Part shown: piece after piece, positions 1-11,250 of the stretch
How positions within the stretch are numbered: position 1 is the stretch's first letter
How the letters are laid out: each line of letters begins with the position of its first letter
NCBI GenBank assembly: GCA_965208675.1
Contig: OZ242351.1
Location: 1,664,001-1,728,000, forward strand
Source: Candidatus Poribacteria bacterium
GTDB lineage: Bacteria > Poribacteria > WGA-4E > PCPOR2b
Reading direction: 5' to 3'
Length of the DNA stretch: 64,000 nucleotides
Made by a program: the position numbers and the translations under genes
The notes under the pieces: model-generated
The model's input: only the letters and a program-made list of their open reading frames with translations
Database searches by the model: none
Told to the model about the DNA's origin: nothing

Positions 1-117
1 GTATGATTGGCCCCGGGCGCGCTTCTTCATGGGAGAGGCGCCCAACCCTTCTCTATAACGGTTACGCTGAGTATGTCAAGCATCTTTATGCCTCATAAAG
101 ATTGCGAGAATACAGTG

Positions 118-1827
118 TTAATTGTCGATTGATGAAACAGCCGAGTCGCGAGTTTCAGACTCGTCGGTGTCTTCCTCCGAGTTTTCCAGCCCCAATGACG
201 CCTCCTGGCTGTCCAAATAGTTATCTACGGCATGCCTGACAAGTTCAGATAATCCTTCATCCTTTGAGTTTGCCAAGCGATTCAATCGCATTACCTGAAA
301 ATCCGTAATCGAAACAACTTTGGGATTATGTTTACGGCGATCTTTCACAGCTATCGTCGTCGTTGAATCTGCGATCTCTCCAAACTCGCCTGCCTTTATC
401 AGGCGCACCGCTTCCTGCAACTGCTCGTCATGTTCCAAATCATAGATTGGGTCATGACCAACATTGGCATTGAAAGTCCTAAAGACATTAACCTTAACCA
501 AAGATAGATCAATTTCAATGTCATTTTCCAAAAGTATGTCAATCAATCGGGGTAACTCGGCTTGAATCTTGGAAAACTCTTTCGGAGTTTCGCCGAGTCG
601 CTTTTCTTCCTCTTCAACCCAATTCTCGACAAACGCTTCAACATGATCACGCGCTTTTTCAATCTTCACAGCGTCGAGGATATCCAGTGTAGGATCAACA
701 ACAATATTGGGAATGATACCCTTTTCATTGATTGATACGCCATTTGGAGTATAATAGGTCGAAATCGTTAGCGATATCCCGCCGCCTCCCTTTTCAAGGT
801 CATAGTGCCGCTGGACAACGCCTTTGCCGTAGGTTTTTGTACCCAGCAATATTCCCCGCTTGGTGTCCTTGATAGCTCCGGCTACAATTTCAGCGCCGCT
901 AGCGCTAAACCCGTTAACAAGAACAATCAGATTCACTTCAGGGTCGCAAAGCACGGTGGGGCGTGCCGAGTACGCTAAGTTGAAATCCTCGTTTCGCCCT
1001 TGCGTAGACACAATCACTCCTTCGGAGATAAAGGCATCTGCTACAAAGTAGGCTGCGTCAAGGAGCCCGCCGGAGTTATTTCTGAGGTCTAGAATGAGGA
1101 ATTTTAGCCCATCCCCTGCAGTCTGCTGAAGTTCCTCTAAGTTAGCCTGGAATTCTTGACTGGTTCTTCCGGTGAATCGACTGATTGCGATATAGCCAAT
1201 ACCATCATCCAACATCGCTTGCTCAACGCTATTCGGCTTGATTACCTCGCGCGTCAACGTCACATCAAACGGCTCAGGATTCCCACGGCGCCGGACGGTA
1301 ATCGTGACTTGAGTCCCAACTCTTCCTCTCAAAATATCCACAACATCGTGGAGTGACTGTCCGCCAGACACAATATTGACTGGGTCACCATTCACCTTAG
1401 TAATATAATCTCCGGCTTGTAAGCCAACCCGCAACGCGGGCGAATTCCGTAATGGGCGGGAGATTTTCATATATCCCTTATCCTCATAAATTTCGATTCC
1501 GAGTCCGCCAAATGCCCCATCGTAAAGATCTTCCACCCCGCGTTGCCGAATTCTTGGCGAAAGATAGCGAGAATAGGAATCGCCTAGGGCGGCAAGGGCG
1601 CCTTTGATTGCGCCTTCGTACATTTTTTCGCGTTCCACTTCCTTATAGAAATTCCTCTCCGATTTCTTAATGACTTCGTTTAAAGCCCTCATCATGATGA
1701 TGGAATTCCGCTTCCCATCCCGATCGCTGAAGGCACGTTTTCCTCCTACCGGTATGAAGAGGAGCGAAGTAATCGCTGCAACAATCACCGCGATGATGAT
1801 TACCGCGTGTTTTTTGGAATGAAACAT
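118..1827 (-). CDS. S41 family carboxyl-terminal processing protease (CtpA/Prc-like) with C-terminal RHH-like extension
   Basis: N-terminal hydrophobic anchor, PDZ (GGLGIEI...GLQAGDYI), LILDLRNNSGGLL, catalytic SASGAE and TYGKG motifs. Confidence 0.92.
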   Translation of the reverse strand: MFHSKKHAVIIIAVIVAAITSLLFIPVGGKRAFSDRDGKRNSIIMMRALNEVIKKSERNFYKEVEREKMYEGAIKGALAALGDSYSRYLSPRIRQRGVEDLYDGAFGGLGIEIYEDKGYMKISRPLRNSPALRVGLQAGDYITKVNGDPVNIVSGGQSLHDVVDILRGRVGTQVTITVRRRGNPEPFDVTLTREVIKPNSVEQAMLDDGIGYIAISRFTGRTSQEFQANLEELQQTAGDGLKFLILDLRNNSGGLLDAAYFVADAFISEGVIVSTQGRNEDFNLAYSARPTVLCDPEVNLIVLVNGFSASGAEIVAGAIKDTKRGILLGTKTYGKGVVQRHYDLEKGGGGISLTISTYYTPNGVSINEKGIIPNIVVDPTLDILDAVKIEKARDHVEAFVENWVEEEEKRLGETPKEFSKIQAELPRLIDILLENDIEIDLSLVKVNVFRTFNANVGHDPIYDLEHDEQLQEAVRLIKAGEFGEIADSTTTIAVKDRRKHNPKVVSITDFQVMRLNRLANSKDEGLSELVRHAVDNYLDSQEASLGLENSEEDTDESETRDSAVSSIDN

Positions 1828-1874
1828 AACAACTCCCTCGGTGTACGATTTGTTAGTCTCGTGCGATTGCGGTA

Positions 1875-1903
1875 ATTATAGCACACCGTATGTTACACCG
1901 CAA
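1875..1903 (-). promoter_or_regulatory. sigma70-type promoter for the S41 protease
   Basis: Minus strand TTGCGG-17 nt-TATAAT with extended -10 TG, ~50 nt upstream of the ATG. Confidence 0.6.
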
Positions 1904-2075
1904 TGATGAAAGTGAAATCAGATCAAACGGACAATAGGAACGAGGTGCGCATGAAGGCACCGAATTTTATGCCATTTTCAGTCTAATGTTCTTTTCACCC
2001 CAAAATGCCCAACAAGGTTTCATGCTGTTTCACTATTCCCTCACTGGATTTCCTAAATTGGTGTTTCACGTACTT

Positions 2076-2996
2076 CTATCTTTCCGGTTGAGTTTTCCAC
2101 CGATTATGAAGCCACAACCACTGGGATGGGAACTGGTGTATATAACCCTCTAGAATTTTCAGAAGGCGAGCTGTATTGATCTGAACATCTTGTTCAAAAT
2201 CTCCCGAGATTTCAAGTTCAACCGGCGGCGAGATAAACACGCGATGCCGATCATCGCACTGCCGTAAATCAATCGAGAATAGAATCGGCGCCCCTGTTTT
2301 GAGCGCGAGCGTGGCTGGCCCCCGAACGGCGGAGGCGTCTTTGCCAAAGAACTCAACAAATACCCCGTCTCTCCCAGCATCTTGATCGGCGAAAAAACCC
2401 ACCGCAAATTTGTCCCGAAGCGCACGGAGTGTTTCCCTCACAGCTTGCTGCCGAGGTATCAGTTTTAAGCTCAAGTGCTGACGGTATTTCCACACAAGTG
2501 AATTGAGAAAACTGTTTTTGATTGGCAGCGCGATTGCCATTGCACGGTTTGGAATCAATACACCGTAAACTAGGGCGAGAAGCTCCCAATTCCCGAAATG
2601 CGGCAGAAACACGATGGCGCCTTTTCCGAGATCGAGCGCATTTATGAGGTTCTCTTTACCGCCAACTGTGACCTCCGCCCAGATATTATCGAAGGTCAAA
2701 TTTGGAAACCGGAGAAATTCCAACGCTGTCTTACCGAGATTGCGGAAGTTTTCCCTGCAAATTTCCTTCCGTTCTCTGCCCGATTTCTCAGCGCCAAACG
2801 CTATCCGCAAATTTTCCAACGCAATATTGCGGCGTCTCTTGGATGCGAAGTAGAGCACATCACCGATTCCGCTGCCCAAGAACATCGCCAACCGCTTTGG
2901 GAAACGGCGGGCTATCGCAGCTAAAACCCAAACGCAAGAATAGATTAACCATTCAACTATCAAGGACTTTGCACCAAACCGTTGAAGATGGTTCAA
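2076..2996 (-). CDS. Lipid A biosynthesis lauroyl acyltransferase-like (LpxL/HtrB family)
   Basis: HFGNWEL, FADQD, FFG and QWLWLHNRWK motifs. Confidence 0.9.
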   Translation of the reverse strand: MNHLQRFGAKSLIVEWLIYSCVWVLAAIARRFPKRLAMFLGSGIGDVLYFASKRRRNIALENLRIAFGAEKSGRERKEICRENFRNLGKTALEFLRFPNLTFDNIWAEVTVGGKENLINALDLGKGAIVFLPHFGNWELLALVYGVLIPNRAMAIALPIKNSFLNSLVWKYRQHLSLKLIPRQQAVRETLRALRDKFAVGFFADQDAGRDGVFVEFFGKDASAVRGPATLALKTGAPILFSIDLRQCDDRHRVFISPPVELEISGDFEQDVQINTARLLKILEGYIHQFPSQWLWLHNRWKTQPER

Positions 2997-3032
2997 AACC
3001 TCACTCGCCGGACGCGTTAAGTTCGATGCTGG

Positions 3033-3320
3033 TCAGCCTACGAATTCGTCGGCCCGCTTTGCCAACTCAAAATCTAACGCGCTGATACCACCGGCATCGT
3101 GTGTCATAAGATCAATCGTTACGCGGTTGTAAACGTTAAACCACTCAGGGTGGTGGTTCATTGATTCGGCGACTAGTGCAACACGAGCCATAAATCCAAA
3201 AGCTTCGACAAAAGAACTGAACTGAAACTGCTTGTGGAGTTTGCCATTCACAACAGTCCAACCTGATAGATTATCTAGTTCTGCGTCAATTTCAGTATCG
3301 TTAAGTTTTTCGGCCACCAT
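3033..3320 (-). CDS. phhB: Pterin-4-alpha-carbinolamine dehydratase
   Basis: [13 protein letters not shown] and THDAGGIS motifs, 95 aa. Confidence 0.93.
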   Translation of the reverse strand: MVAEKLNDTEIDAELDNLSGWTVVNGKLHKQFQFSSFVEAFGFMARVALVAESMNHHPEWFNVYNRVTIDLMTHDAGGISALDFELAKRADEFVG

Positions 3321-3499
3321 GCAATTCCTTTCATAAGTTCGCTGAAAATATATTGTAAACTCAATTCCACTTTAGCATTTACATGAAACCTAACCTGATT
3401 TAGTCGGCATTGTATTCAGATTACCCTAGGAAGTCAAGTCAAATTCAATGCCTTCGCGCAAAGCAAGGCTGGTAGAACAAATTATTGCCAAGGTTCTTG

Positions 3500-3528
3500 T
3501 TGACAGAAGATTGCAATTGTTGTAATAT
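3500..3528 (+). promoter_or_regulatory. Candidate sigma70 promoter of the secA-containing gene run
   Basis: TTGACA (3500-3505)-17 nt-TAATAT preceded by TG. Confidence 0.5.
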
Positions 3529-3612
3529 ATAGCCGCGCAAAATTCCACGTCACAAAGCCGCTGAAAATTTCGTGGATGCTAGTCATTGACTTAATTGCAA
3601 CTGGAGGAAAGC

Positions 3613-4830
3613 ATGGCGGAACTACACAATGATTTTCGTGATATTTTCCGGGTCGGACGTTACGGGTTTAGTGGGAAGAAAATTTCTCTGCATTTTTTGG
3701 GACTTGTGCTGGCATATCTCATCTATGAAATACTTGTTTATCTTAGCCTCTTAATAGCGGGCGGCACTGCGGCAAAAGACTTTTGGGATAAGTATGGATT
3801 AATGCCGGTGCTCCCCACTGTCAATGGTGACTTTGAGACCATCACTATCGCGGCAATGGGAATTGGCACGCTTGTGCTCTTTTTGTTGTTCTTTTCGATG
3901 AGCACAATGGTTTCCAAAATTACTATGCAACAATTGCGGGGCGATCACTTTTTCTCGATTGGAGAGTCCATTGGCTTCGCAAAGAAAAATTGGAAGGTAG
4001 TTTTCGGAACGTTCATCGGTTTAATCGTAATTTTTGTGTTATGCGCGGTAGCGCCGATTATTGTGGGGCTGCTCGGCAGGATTCCTGTCGTTGGTGACAT
4101 TATTGTTATGCTCGCGTCAATCTTGACTCCCTTCGCCTTCATGCTTGGATTGTTGATGGCCTATCTAGTGGTTGTTTTTGGAGTGAGTCTGTTTCTTGTG
4201 CCTTCAGTAGTTGCCGCCGCCAATTCGGATACCTTTGAAACTGTATATCAGCATTTCTCCATTATTTGGAATCAACCTTGGCGCCTCGTCGTCTACGAAA
4301 TCCTTCTGTTTGGCGTGAAAGTGATTTGCTCGGTTATTTGGGCGTTTTTCTGCTTGGCGGGATTTGTTATTGCAATGTTGCCGGTCCGTCTGCTGATTCC
4401 AACGGGTATGAAGATGATTATGGGTCAGGCTGACAAATGGCTTGGAGGTTTGATTGGTAAACTTGCTGAATTGCCATACATTGAGGTTGTCAAAGTATTC
4501 CATCTTGCCGAACCCGCAAATCTTCCAATTGTCCTCAAAATCGCATCAGTTTTCATAGCGCTTTCCCTCTTGGGCATCATGGGTCTGATTATAGCTTACT
4601 TGCTCTCGATAGCCTCGGCCGGGAATACGCTCATTTACACCATGCTGAGAAGGCGAGTAGACGGAGAAGATTTGTTGGAGGTGGAAGAGGAGAATGTGGA
4701 CACACCCACACCACCGGAAACTCCGAGTCAAGGCGAATCCCAACCGGAGGCGGCGCAACCGGAAACGGACGAGATTTCAGAAGATCGGTCTGGCAGTGAA
4801 GAAAGCACGAATAATGATGCAACCAAATAA
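3613..4830 (+). CDS. Hypothetical multi-pass membrane protein with acidic disordered C-tail
   Basis: Long ORF with several hydrophobic segments; GGAGG SD upstream of ATG 3613 (track uses TTG 3595). Confidence 0.8.
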   Translation: MAELHNDFRDIFRVGRYGFSGKKISLHFLGLVLAYLIYEILVYLSLLIAGGTAAKDFWDKYGLMPVLPTVNGDFETITIAAMGIGTLVLFLLFFSMSTMVSKITMQQLRGDHFFSIGESIGFAKKNWKVVFGTFIGLIVIFVLCAVAPIIVGLLGRIPVVGDIIVMLASILTPFAFMLGLLMAYLVVVFGVSLFLVPSVVAAANSDTFETVYQHFSIIWNQPWRLVVYEILLFGVKVICSVIWAFFCLAGFVIAMLPVRLLIPTGMKMIMGQADKWLGGLIGKLAELPYIEVVKVFHLAEPANLPIVLKIASVFIALSLLGIMGLIIAYLLSIASAGNTLIYTMLRRRVDGEDLLEVEEENVDTPTPPETPSQGESQPEAAQPETDEISEDRSGSEESTNNDATK

Positions 4831-4885
4831 AAATATTATACGTAATGGATTCATAACAGATGTTATACAAAGGTGATGACGGCTT

Positions 4886-7639
4886 ATGTTTCAGAGCGTT
4901 TTAGCCAGAGTTTTCGGCAATAAACAGGACCGGGACGCGAAGCGATTTCAGCCAATCGTTGAAGCGGTAAATCAACAGGAGTCTGAAGTCAAACGCTTAT
5001 CCGATGCAGAATTACGGTCAAAAACACCGCATTTTCGCGAAAAAGTTGACGCCGGCGCAGACCTTGATTCGCTCTTGCCCGAAGCATTTGCTGTTGTGCG
5101 TGAAGCCGCTATTCGGACCTTAGCCCAACGTCACTACGATGTGCAAATTATGGGGGGGGTTGCCCTCCATAATGGCAATATTGCTGAAATGAAAACAGGT
5201 GAGGGAAAAACCCTAACCTCGACGCTTGCGGTTTATTTAAATGCGCTAACGGGAAAAGGCGTTCATGTTGCTACCGTCAATGATTATCTTGCTAAACGCG
5301 ACGCGGAATGGATGGGAAAGATTTACAACTTTCTCGGCCTTTCTGTCGGACTGACGCTTAGCATCATGCCCGATGAGCTGAAAAGGCTTGGATACAAAGC
5401 GGACATTACCTACGGTGTGCATAGCGAATTTGGTTTTGACTACCTTCGTGACAACAAATCAACACACCTTGATGGAAGGGTCCAGCGTGGACACTATTTC
5501 GCGATTGTCGATGAAGTTGATAGCATTCTTATTGATGAAGCCCGCACTCCGCTAATTATAGCCGAACCCCACGGCGAACCAGTCGAACTTTATGCCAGGC
5601 TTGACCGTACGGTGCGGCAACTCCACGCGGGAAAACACTATGAAATCGATGAAAAAAGCAGTAAGCGCGGCACAGTCAGCCTAACGGAGGATGGTGTCGA
5701 TGAAGTTCAGCGTCTTCTCGGCGACACCGTTCTTGATGGGAGAGATCTTTACGATTCCACCAATATGCATGTCGTACACCATGTCAACCAAGCATTAGCA
5801 GCTCATCACCTCTGGAAACGAGATGTTGACTACGTCGTCGAAAACGGAGAGGTCATCATCGTAGATGAGTTCACGGGGCGAAAGCAACCCGGCAGGCGAT
5901 GGAGTGAAGGCCTCCATCAAGCCATGGAATCGAAAGAACGAGTCAAAATCGTTCAAGAAAGCCAGACCGGCGCAAAAATCTCCTACCAGAACTATTTTCG
6001 CACCTATGAGAAACTAGCGGGAATGACTGGAACCGCGGAGACGGAAGCCGCGGAATTTGCTCACATTTACCGTCTTGATGTTGCCGTCATTCCGACGAAC
6101 GAACCGATGATCCGAATCGATAATTCTGACCAAATTTACAAGACGGAGGATGCAAAGTTTCGAGCAGTGCTTCAAGACATAATCGAACAGCATGAACACG
6201 GGCGTCCTGTGCTGGTAGGGACAATTTCGATCGAGAAATCGGAAAAATTGAGCAAAATGCTTCGCGCGAAACGGCGCGACATTCGGCATCAAGTATTGAA
6301 TGCAAAAGAACATGACCGTGAAGCAACAATTATCGCCCAAGCGGGATTGCCCGGTGCGGTGACCATCGCCACTAACATGGCAGGGCGTGGAGTCGATATC
6401 TTGCTCGGCGGCAATCCCGAAGGCATGGTGATGGAAAGCCTGCGCAAAAAAAAGACGGATCCGGCAACCGTTGAAGAGGATTCGGAGGAGTGGAAAGCCG
6501 CCTTTGAAGAAGCCAAAGCCGTTTGTGACGGAAATCGAGAGGAAGTCCTGAAGTCGGGTGGGCTGCACATCATTGGAACAGAACGGCATGATTCACGGCG
6601 AATCGACAACCAATTGCGTGGACGTTCAGGGCGGCAGGGAGATCCTGGTTCGTCTCGGTTTTATCTCTCGCTCGAAGACGACCTCATGCGAAAATTCGGC
6701 TCCGATCGCCTGTCGGGCATGATGGATAGAGTCGGTATGGAAGAAGACATTCCGATTGAGCACCCGTGGGTAACCAAGGCTATCGAAAAAGCACAGCGGC
6801 GGGTTGAAGAACGGCACTTCGAGATACGGAAAAACGTACTAAAATTTGACGACGTGATGAATACGCAACGTCAAACCATCTATGATATGCGAAATAGCAT
6901 TCTCGAAGGCGAGAATCTCAAGAACACAATTCAGGATATGATTGAAGATTCGCTCGACGATCATTTTGAAGCCGACCTGCCCGACCGCGAAGAGGACCGC
7001 GACATTGATAGTCTTGTTACTTGGTTAAGCCATACCTTTCCCATAAATCCCGCGGATTGGGAAACCCCACCTGATAAAATGAGCCGGGAAGAGTTTCGAG
7101 AACAGACTTCAAAATTGCTGCTCGAACTCTATGAGAATCGCGAAACCGAGATGGGAGTTGAGCACATACGAGCTCTTGAACGCCTCGTGCTGCTCGATCG
7201 TATTGACAGTCACTGGAAAGATCATTTGTATAACATTGACTACATAGAGGAAGGTATCCACCTCCGTGGGTATGGCGGTAAAGACCCTATTGTTGTCTTC
7301 AAGAACGAAGCCTATGCGGTGTTTGAAACCATGTATCAGCGAATTGAAGAGGAAGTCAGCGAGTACATGTTTAAGGCGCGTATCGTTGATACAGAGACCC
7401 AAATTCGGCAGGCTAAGTCAAGGCATGCCGCGCAGGGCAGAGCAGGTTTTCGCTCCCGCCGCACTATGCCGCAACATGGGCGCCGTCGAGACGCAATACC
7501 GCAACCAAGCGAAGGAAGTGCGATCGATTCCGATGCCTTTGCGAGGCAGCAAGCCGCCGACCGGGTGCCGAAGGTAGGACGCAATGAAGCGTGTCCGTGC
7601 GGAAGCGGCAAAAAGTACAAAAAATGCCACGGCGGATAG
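4886..7639 (+). CDS. secA: Preprotein translocase ATPase SecA
   Basis: [44 protein letters not shown] and C-terminal [13 protein letters not shown]. Confidence 0.99.
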   Translation: MFQSVLARVFGNKQDRDAKRFQPIVEAVNQQESEVKRLSDAELRSKTPHFREKVDAGADLDSLLPEAFAVVREAAIRTLAQRHYDVQIMGGVALHNGNIAEMKTGEGKTLTSTLAVYLNALTGKGVHVATVNDYLAKRDAEWMGKIYNFLGLSVGLTLSIMPDELKRLGYKADITYGVHSEFGFDYLRDNKSTHLDGRVQRGHYFAIVDEVDSILIDEARTPLIIAEPHGEPVELYARLDRTVRQLHAGKHYEIDEKSSKRGTVSLTEDGVDEVQRLLGDTVLDGRDLYDSTNMHVVHHVNQALAAHHLWKRDVDYVVENGEVIIVDEFTGRKQPGRRWSEGLHQAMESKERVKIVQESQTGAKISYQNYFRTYEKLAGMTGTAETEAAEFAHIYRLDVAVIPTNEPMIRIDNSDQIYKTEDAKFRAVLQDIIEQHEHGRPVLVGTISIEKSEKLSKMLRAKRRDIRHQVLNAKEHDREATIIAQAGLPGAVTIATNMAGRGVDILLGGNPEGMVMESLRKKKTDPATVEEDSEEWKAAFEEAKAVCDGNREEVLKSGGLHIIGTERHDSRRIDNQLRGRSGRQGDPGSSRFYLSLEDDLMRKFGSDRLSGMMDRVGMEEDIPIEHPWVTKAIEKAQRRVEERHFEIRKNVLKFDDVMNTQRQTIYDMRNSILEGENLKNTIQDMIEDSLDDHFEADLPDREEDRDIDSLVTWLSHTFPINPADWETPPDKMSREEFREQTSKLLLELYENRETEMGVEHIRALERLVLLDRIDSHWKDHLYNIDYIEEGIHLRGYGGKDPIVVFKNEAYAVFETMYQRIEEEVSEYMFKARIVDTETQIRQAKSRHAAQGRAGFRSRRTMPQHGRRRDAIPQPSEGSAIDSDAFARQQAADRVPKVGRNEACPCGSGKKYKKCHGG

Positions 7640-7791
7640 GTGAGTAAGCCAGTAAACACCGGTGTATTGCATTTCCCGAATTGCGGCGATTTTTCAAATA
7701 AATACAGAGATATATTCGGTCAATTCATCCCAATTTCGAAACGTGTTTTTCGTACGCTTCATAATATAGCTTCCATTTGATGAGGGTGGCT

Positions 7792-7977
7792 ATGGACTCA
7801 CGAGAAGAAATCAGCCAAGAGTTGCTTGATATTTTGGCTTGTCCGGCGTGCAAAGGCGATATTGAATATGCACGTGAGAATCAAAAACTGATTTGTACTG
7901 GCGAGTGCAAGCGATGTTACCCGATTCGTGATGGTATTCCAGTGATGCTGATTGATGAAGCCGAATTGCCAACATGA
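7792..7977 (+). CDS. Trm112-like protein (YcaR/UPF0434)
   Basis: LLDILACPACKG...YPIRDGIPVML signature. Confidence 0.9.
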   Translation: MDSREEISQELLDILACPACKGDIEYARENQKLICTGECKRCYPIRDGIPVMLIDEAELPT

Positions 7978-9152
7978 AGATATTATTTTTGAGCCTTAGA
8001 TTCCCGTTTCCGCCTCACCGGGGAGATCGAATTCGAGCCTTTCATTTCAGCAAGCAGCTTGCTGAACACCATTCTCTAACTTTTGTCTCGTTTGTGGAAT
8101 CGGACCAGGAAATTTCTGATGTCAAGCAGATGGAAGCATTTTGTGACCGTGTTGAATGGGTACGTTTTCACCGAAATCGAGCTTGTCTCAATGCACTAAT
8201 CCACAGTTTTTCTAGCCAGCCATTACAACTTCATTATTGGTATGCCTCGCAAATGCAGCGAAAGGTTGATAGGCTGCTGGAACAGTATGACTTCAATTTG
8301 ATTCATGTTCAACTCTTTCGCATGGCGCAATATGTCTCCCACCGTCATGGGATACCGAAGATGCTAGACTTGTGTGACTCGCTCGCGTTGAACTTGCAGC
8401 GCCGATTGGTTTTGGATCGAAGTCTAAAACGGCCGCTGGTTAGGCTTGAAGAACGCCGTGTCCGTGAATATGAGGTTGAGATTGCGAAGTCATTTGATTG
8501 GGGGACGGTAGTTGCAGATTGCGATCGAGATTATCTGCTTGAACAGGACGATTCCCTGAATCTTTCAATTGTGCCGATGGGCGTCGATTTAGAATTCTTT
8601 CAACCCACTTCAACAGCGTATCAACCGCATCTGCTCTTCACAGGTACAATGAGCTACTTTCCAAATTGGGACGCCGCGATATTTTTTTATGAGCAAATCC
8701 TCCCGCTGATTCAATCCAAACACCCCGAGATAATCTTTAATATCGTCGGCAACCACCCGCCAGAGCAGATTAAGCGGCTATCCAATGGCAACAATGTTGT
8801 TGTTACCGGACACGTTCCCGATATACGCCCCTATTTTGAACAGGCTGCTGTGTTTGTGTCACCGCTGCGGTCGGGATCGGGGGTTCAGGTGAAAAATCTG
8901 GAAGCTATGGGAATGGGTGTTCCCGTTGTCACAACTTCGATTGGCGCACAGGGGTTGGAGGTAGAAGCTGGGAAAGACATTCTCATCGCAGATGCACCAG
9001 AAGACTTTGCGAAGCACGTAATTGATTTAATTCAATCACCCGATCTGCGCCAAAAAATTGGGGACGCCGGAAGACAGCTTGTCGAAACCAAATATAACTG
9101 GCCAATTCTAGCTAAACGTTTAGAAGCAGTTTACTCTCGGATTTGCAACTAA
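7974..9152 (+). CDS. GT4 family glycosyltransferase
   Basis: FPPHRGDRIR N-terminus, FTGTMSYFPN, KNLEAMGMGVPVV; ATGA overlap with upstream gene. Confidence 0.9.
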   Translation: MKILFLSLRFPFPPHRGDRIRAFHFSKQLAEHHSLTFVSFVESDQEISDVKQMEAFCDRVEWVRFHRNRACLNALIHSFSSQPLQLHYWYASQMQRKVDRLLEQYDFNLIHVQLFRMAQYVSHRHGIPKMLDLCDSLALNLQRRLVLDRSLKRPLVRLEERRVREYEVEIAKSFDWGTVVADCDRDYLLEQDDSLNLSIVPMGVDLEFFQPTSTAYQPHLLFTGTMSYFPNWDAAIFFYEQILPLIQSKHPEIIFNIVGNHPPEQIKRLSNGNNVVVTGHVPDIRPYFEQAAVFVSPLRSGSGVQVKNLEAMGMGVPVVTTSIGAQGLEVEAGKDILIADAPEDFAKHVIDLIQSPDLRQKIGDAGRQLVETKYNWPILAKRLEAVYSRICN

Positions 9153-9191
9153 CAAACTCAGAATATATCAAAATAGATTAAAGGAAGGAAG

Positions 9192-11195
9192 ATGCGTGAG
9201 CGAAAAATTAGGCTAGGTTTTTCAATTATAACGGACATATTTTTAATTAACCTAGCTTTCCTATGTGCTTATCAAACCTGCAACCTACTCGGATTAAATT
9301 TACTTGAGTTGTTCAATCTTTCTGAAAATGAATCTTCGCCGTCCTTATGGGCTACTCAATCACCAGGCCGGATTCTTTTTATCATCGCTTTAACCGTTAC
9401 CGCAATCCGGATGTGTACCTTTTTCGCCTTCCAACTTTACAAACCGGTTTGGCGTTACGCGAGCGTTCGGGAATTTTGGGCGATTGTTGGAGCCGCATGT
9501 TCAGGTACCATTGCCCTTATTCTTATTCTGTATTTCGTTAATCTTTTTCAATCCTGGGCATTCTTTCTAATTGACGGATTATATAACATCACTTTCGTGG
9601 GCTTGGCAAAATTTTCTTTTCGCATTGCTGAAGAATATAGGCGAAGGGATGTCGCTCCTCCCAAAACCAGAGTATTGATTGTCGGCGCAGGCGCTGCTGG
9701 GGTCGGCGTTTTAAGGGAGATTCGGAATCATCCTGAAAAAGGGTATGTTCCCATCGGCTTTATTGACGACCATCCCCGTAAAGTCGGGAAAAGCATTCAG
9801 GGGCTTGATGTCCTTGGTACGACGCGTGAATTGGCATACATCGCACGCAAACGGCAAGTTGGCGAGATTGTTATCGCCATGCCCTCCGCTTCAGGAAGTC
9901 GAATTCGTGAAATTATTCAACAGTGCGAATACAAGGGTTGTAAATTCAAAATCGTCCCTAGCATCCATGCAATTCTCGCAGGACATGTAAGTATCAGCCA
10001 AATTCGGGAGGTACGGGTCGAAGATTTGCTGAACCGACCAACGTCCCGTATTGATTTGCCCGAAGTATCCAAATACTTATCCGGCAAACGGGTGATGGTG
10101 ACGGGCGCTGGTGGTTCAATCGGGTCAGAACTCTGCCGGCAGGTAGCAAAATTTAACCCCGAACTTCTCATTCTCTTTGGGCGTGGTGAGAACAGCATCT
10201 ACCACATTGAGAACGAACTTAGCGAGAATGAACCGAATCTTAATCGTGCGATGATTATTGGTGATATTCGAGATTGCTCGAAGGTTGACCAAGTCATCGC
10301 AAAATATCGCCCGCAGATTATCTTTCATGCGGCAGCGCACAAACACGTAAAGTTTATGGAGATTCACCCGGACGAAGCCGTCAAAAATAACATCATAGGT
10401 ACCAAGAATCTGGTGGATGCCGCAATTAAACATCATGTTGAAGCGTTTATTTTGGTGTCATCAGACAAGGCGGTCAATCCAACAAGCGTCATGGGCGCTT
10501 CAAAGCGTGTCACGGAAAAACTCATTCAGTGTAAGGCGAAACGGAACGGCACCGAGTTTATCGGCGTTCGATTCGGAAATGTAATCGACAGCCGGGGAAG
10601 TGTATTGCCAAAGTTTAAGCGGCAGATTATGAAGGGAGGGCCCGTAACTGTTACGCACCGTGACGTAATTCGATACTTCATGACAATTCCGGAGTCGGTT
10701 CAATTGCTTATTCAGGCTGGCGCGATGGGCATCGGTGGTGAAATCTTCATTTTGGATATGGGTGAACCAATCAAAATCTTGGATCTGGCGCGGGATTTAA
10801 TCAGGCTTTCCGGGCTGGAAGTGGACCGCGACATCAAAATTGAGTTCACGGGCTTAGAACCGGGTGAGAAATTATACGAGGAACTTTTGACCGTTCAAGA
10901 AGGGGTTACCGCTACGAAGCATCAGCGTATCTTTGTCGCTCAACTCGAAACGATTGAGGAAAAAAAGTTGTTGGCTAAAATTGATGAACTTGCCGAAATG
11001 GCGAACCACTTGGATACGGAAGGGATTATCGCCGAACTTCAGCAGATTGTGCCGACCTACGAACCCAATCGAGCGATTGCAAAGACCTCATACGACGAGA
11101 AAATTAAAAAATCAGAGGTTCAGGTGATTAATCTGGCAAATAGTCGAAAACTCGACGGAAAGCGCGAGTTTGGAAGTGCTTCCGAACGCATTTAA
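9192..11195 (+). CDS. Nucleoside-diphosphate sugar 4,6-dehydratase (CapD/PglF/WbpM-like)
   Basis: N-terminal TM helices, TGAGGSIGSEL, HAAAHKHV, SSDKAVNPTSVMGASK, GEKLYEEL. Confidence 0.93.
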   Translation: MRERKIRLGFSIITDIFLINLAFLCAYQTCNLLGLNLLELFNLSENESSPSLWATQSPGRILFIIALTVTAIRMCTFFAFQLYKPVWRYASVREFWAIVGAACSGTIALILILYFVNLFQSWAFFLIDGLYNITFVGLAKFSFRIAEEYRRRDVAPPKTRVLIVGAGAAGVGVLREIRNHPEKGYVPIGFIDDHPRKVGKSIQGLDVLGTTRELAYIARKRQVGEIVIAMPSASGSRIREIIQQCEYKGCKFKIVPSIHAILAGHVSISQIREVRVEDLLNRPTSRIDLPEVSKYLSGKRVMVTGAGGSIGSELCRQVAKFNPELLILFGRGENSIYHIENELSENEPNLNRAMIIGDIRDCSKVDQVIAKYRPQIIFHAAAHKHVKFMEIHPDEAVKNNIIGTKNLVDAAIKHHVEAFILVSSDKAVNPTSVMGASKRVTEKLIQCKAKRNGTEFIGVRFGNVIDSRGSVLPKFKRQIMKGGPVTVTHRDVIRYFMTIPESVQLLIQAGAMGIGGEIFILDMGEPIKILDLARDLIRLSGLEVDRDIKIEFTGLEPGEKLYEELLTVQEGVTATKHQRIFVAQLETIEEKKLLAKIDELAEMANHLDTEGIIAELQQIVPTYEPNRAIAKTSYDEKIKKSEVQVINLANSRKLDGKREFGSASERI

Positions 11196-11250
11196 CATAC
11201 CTTAACCGACTTATGTTCGATTTCCAAATTCTTATCTTATTCGGTAATTT

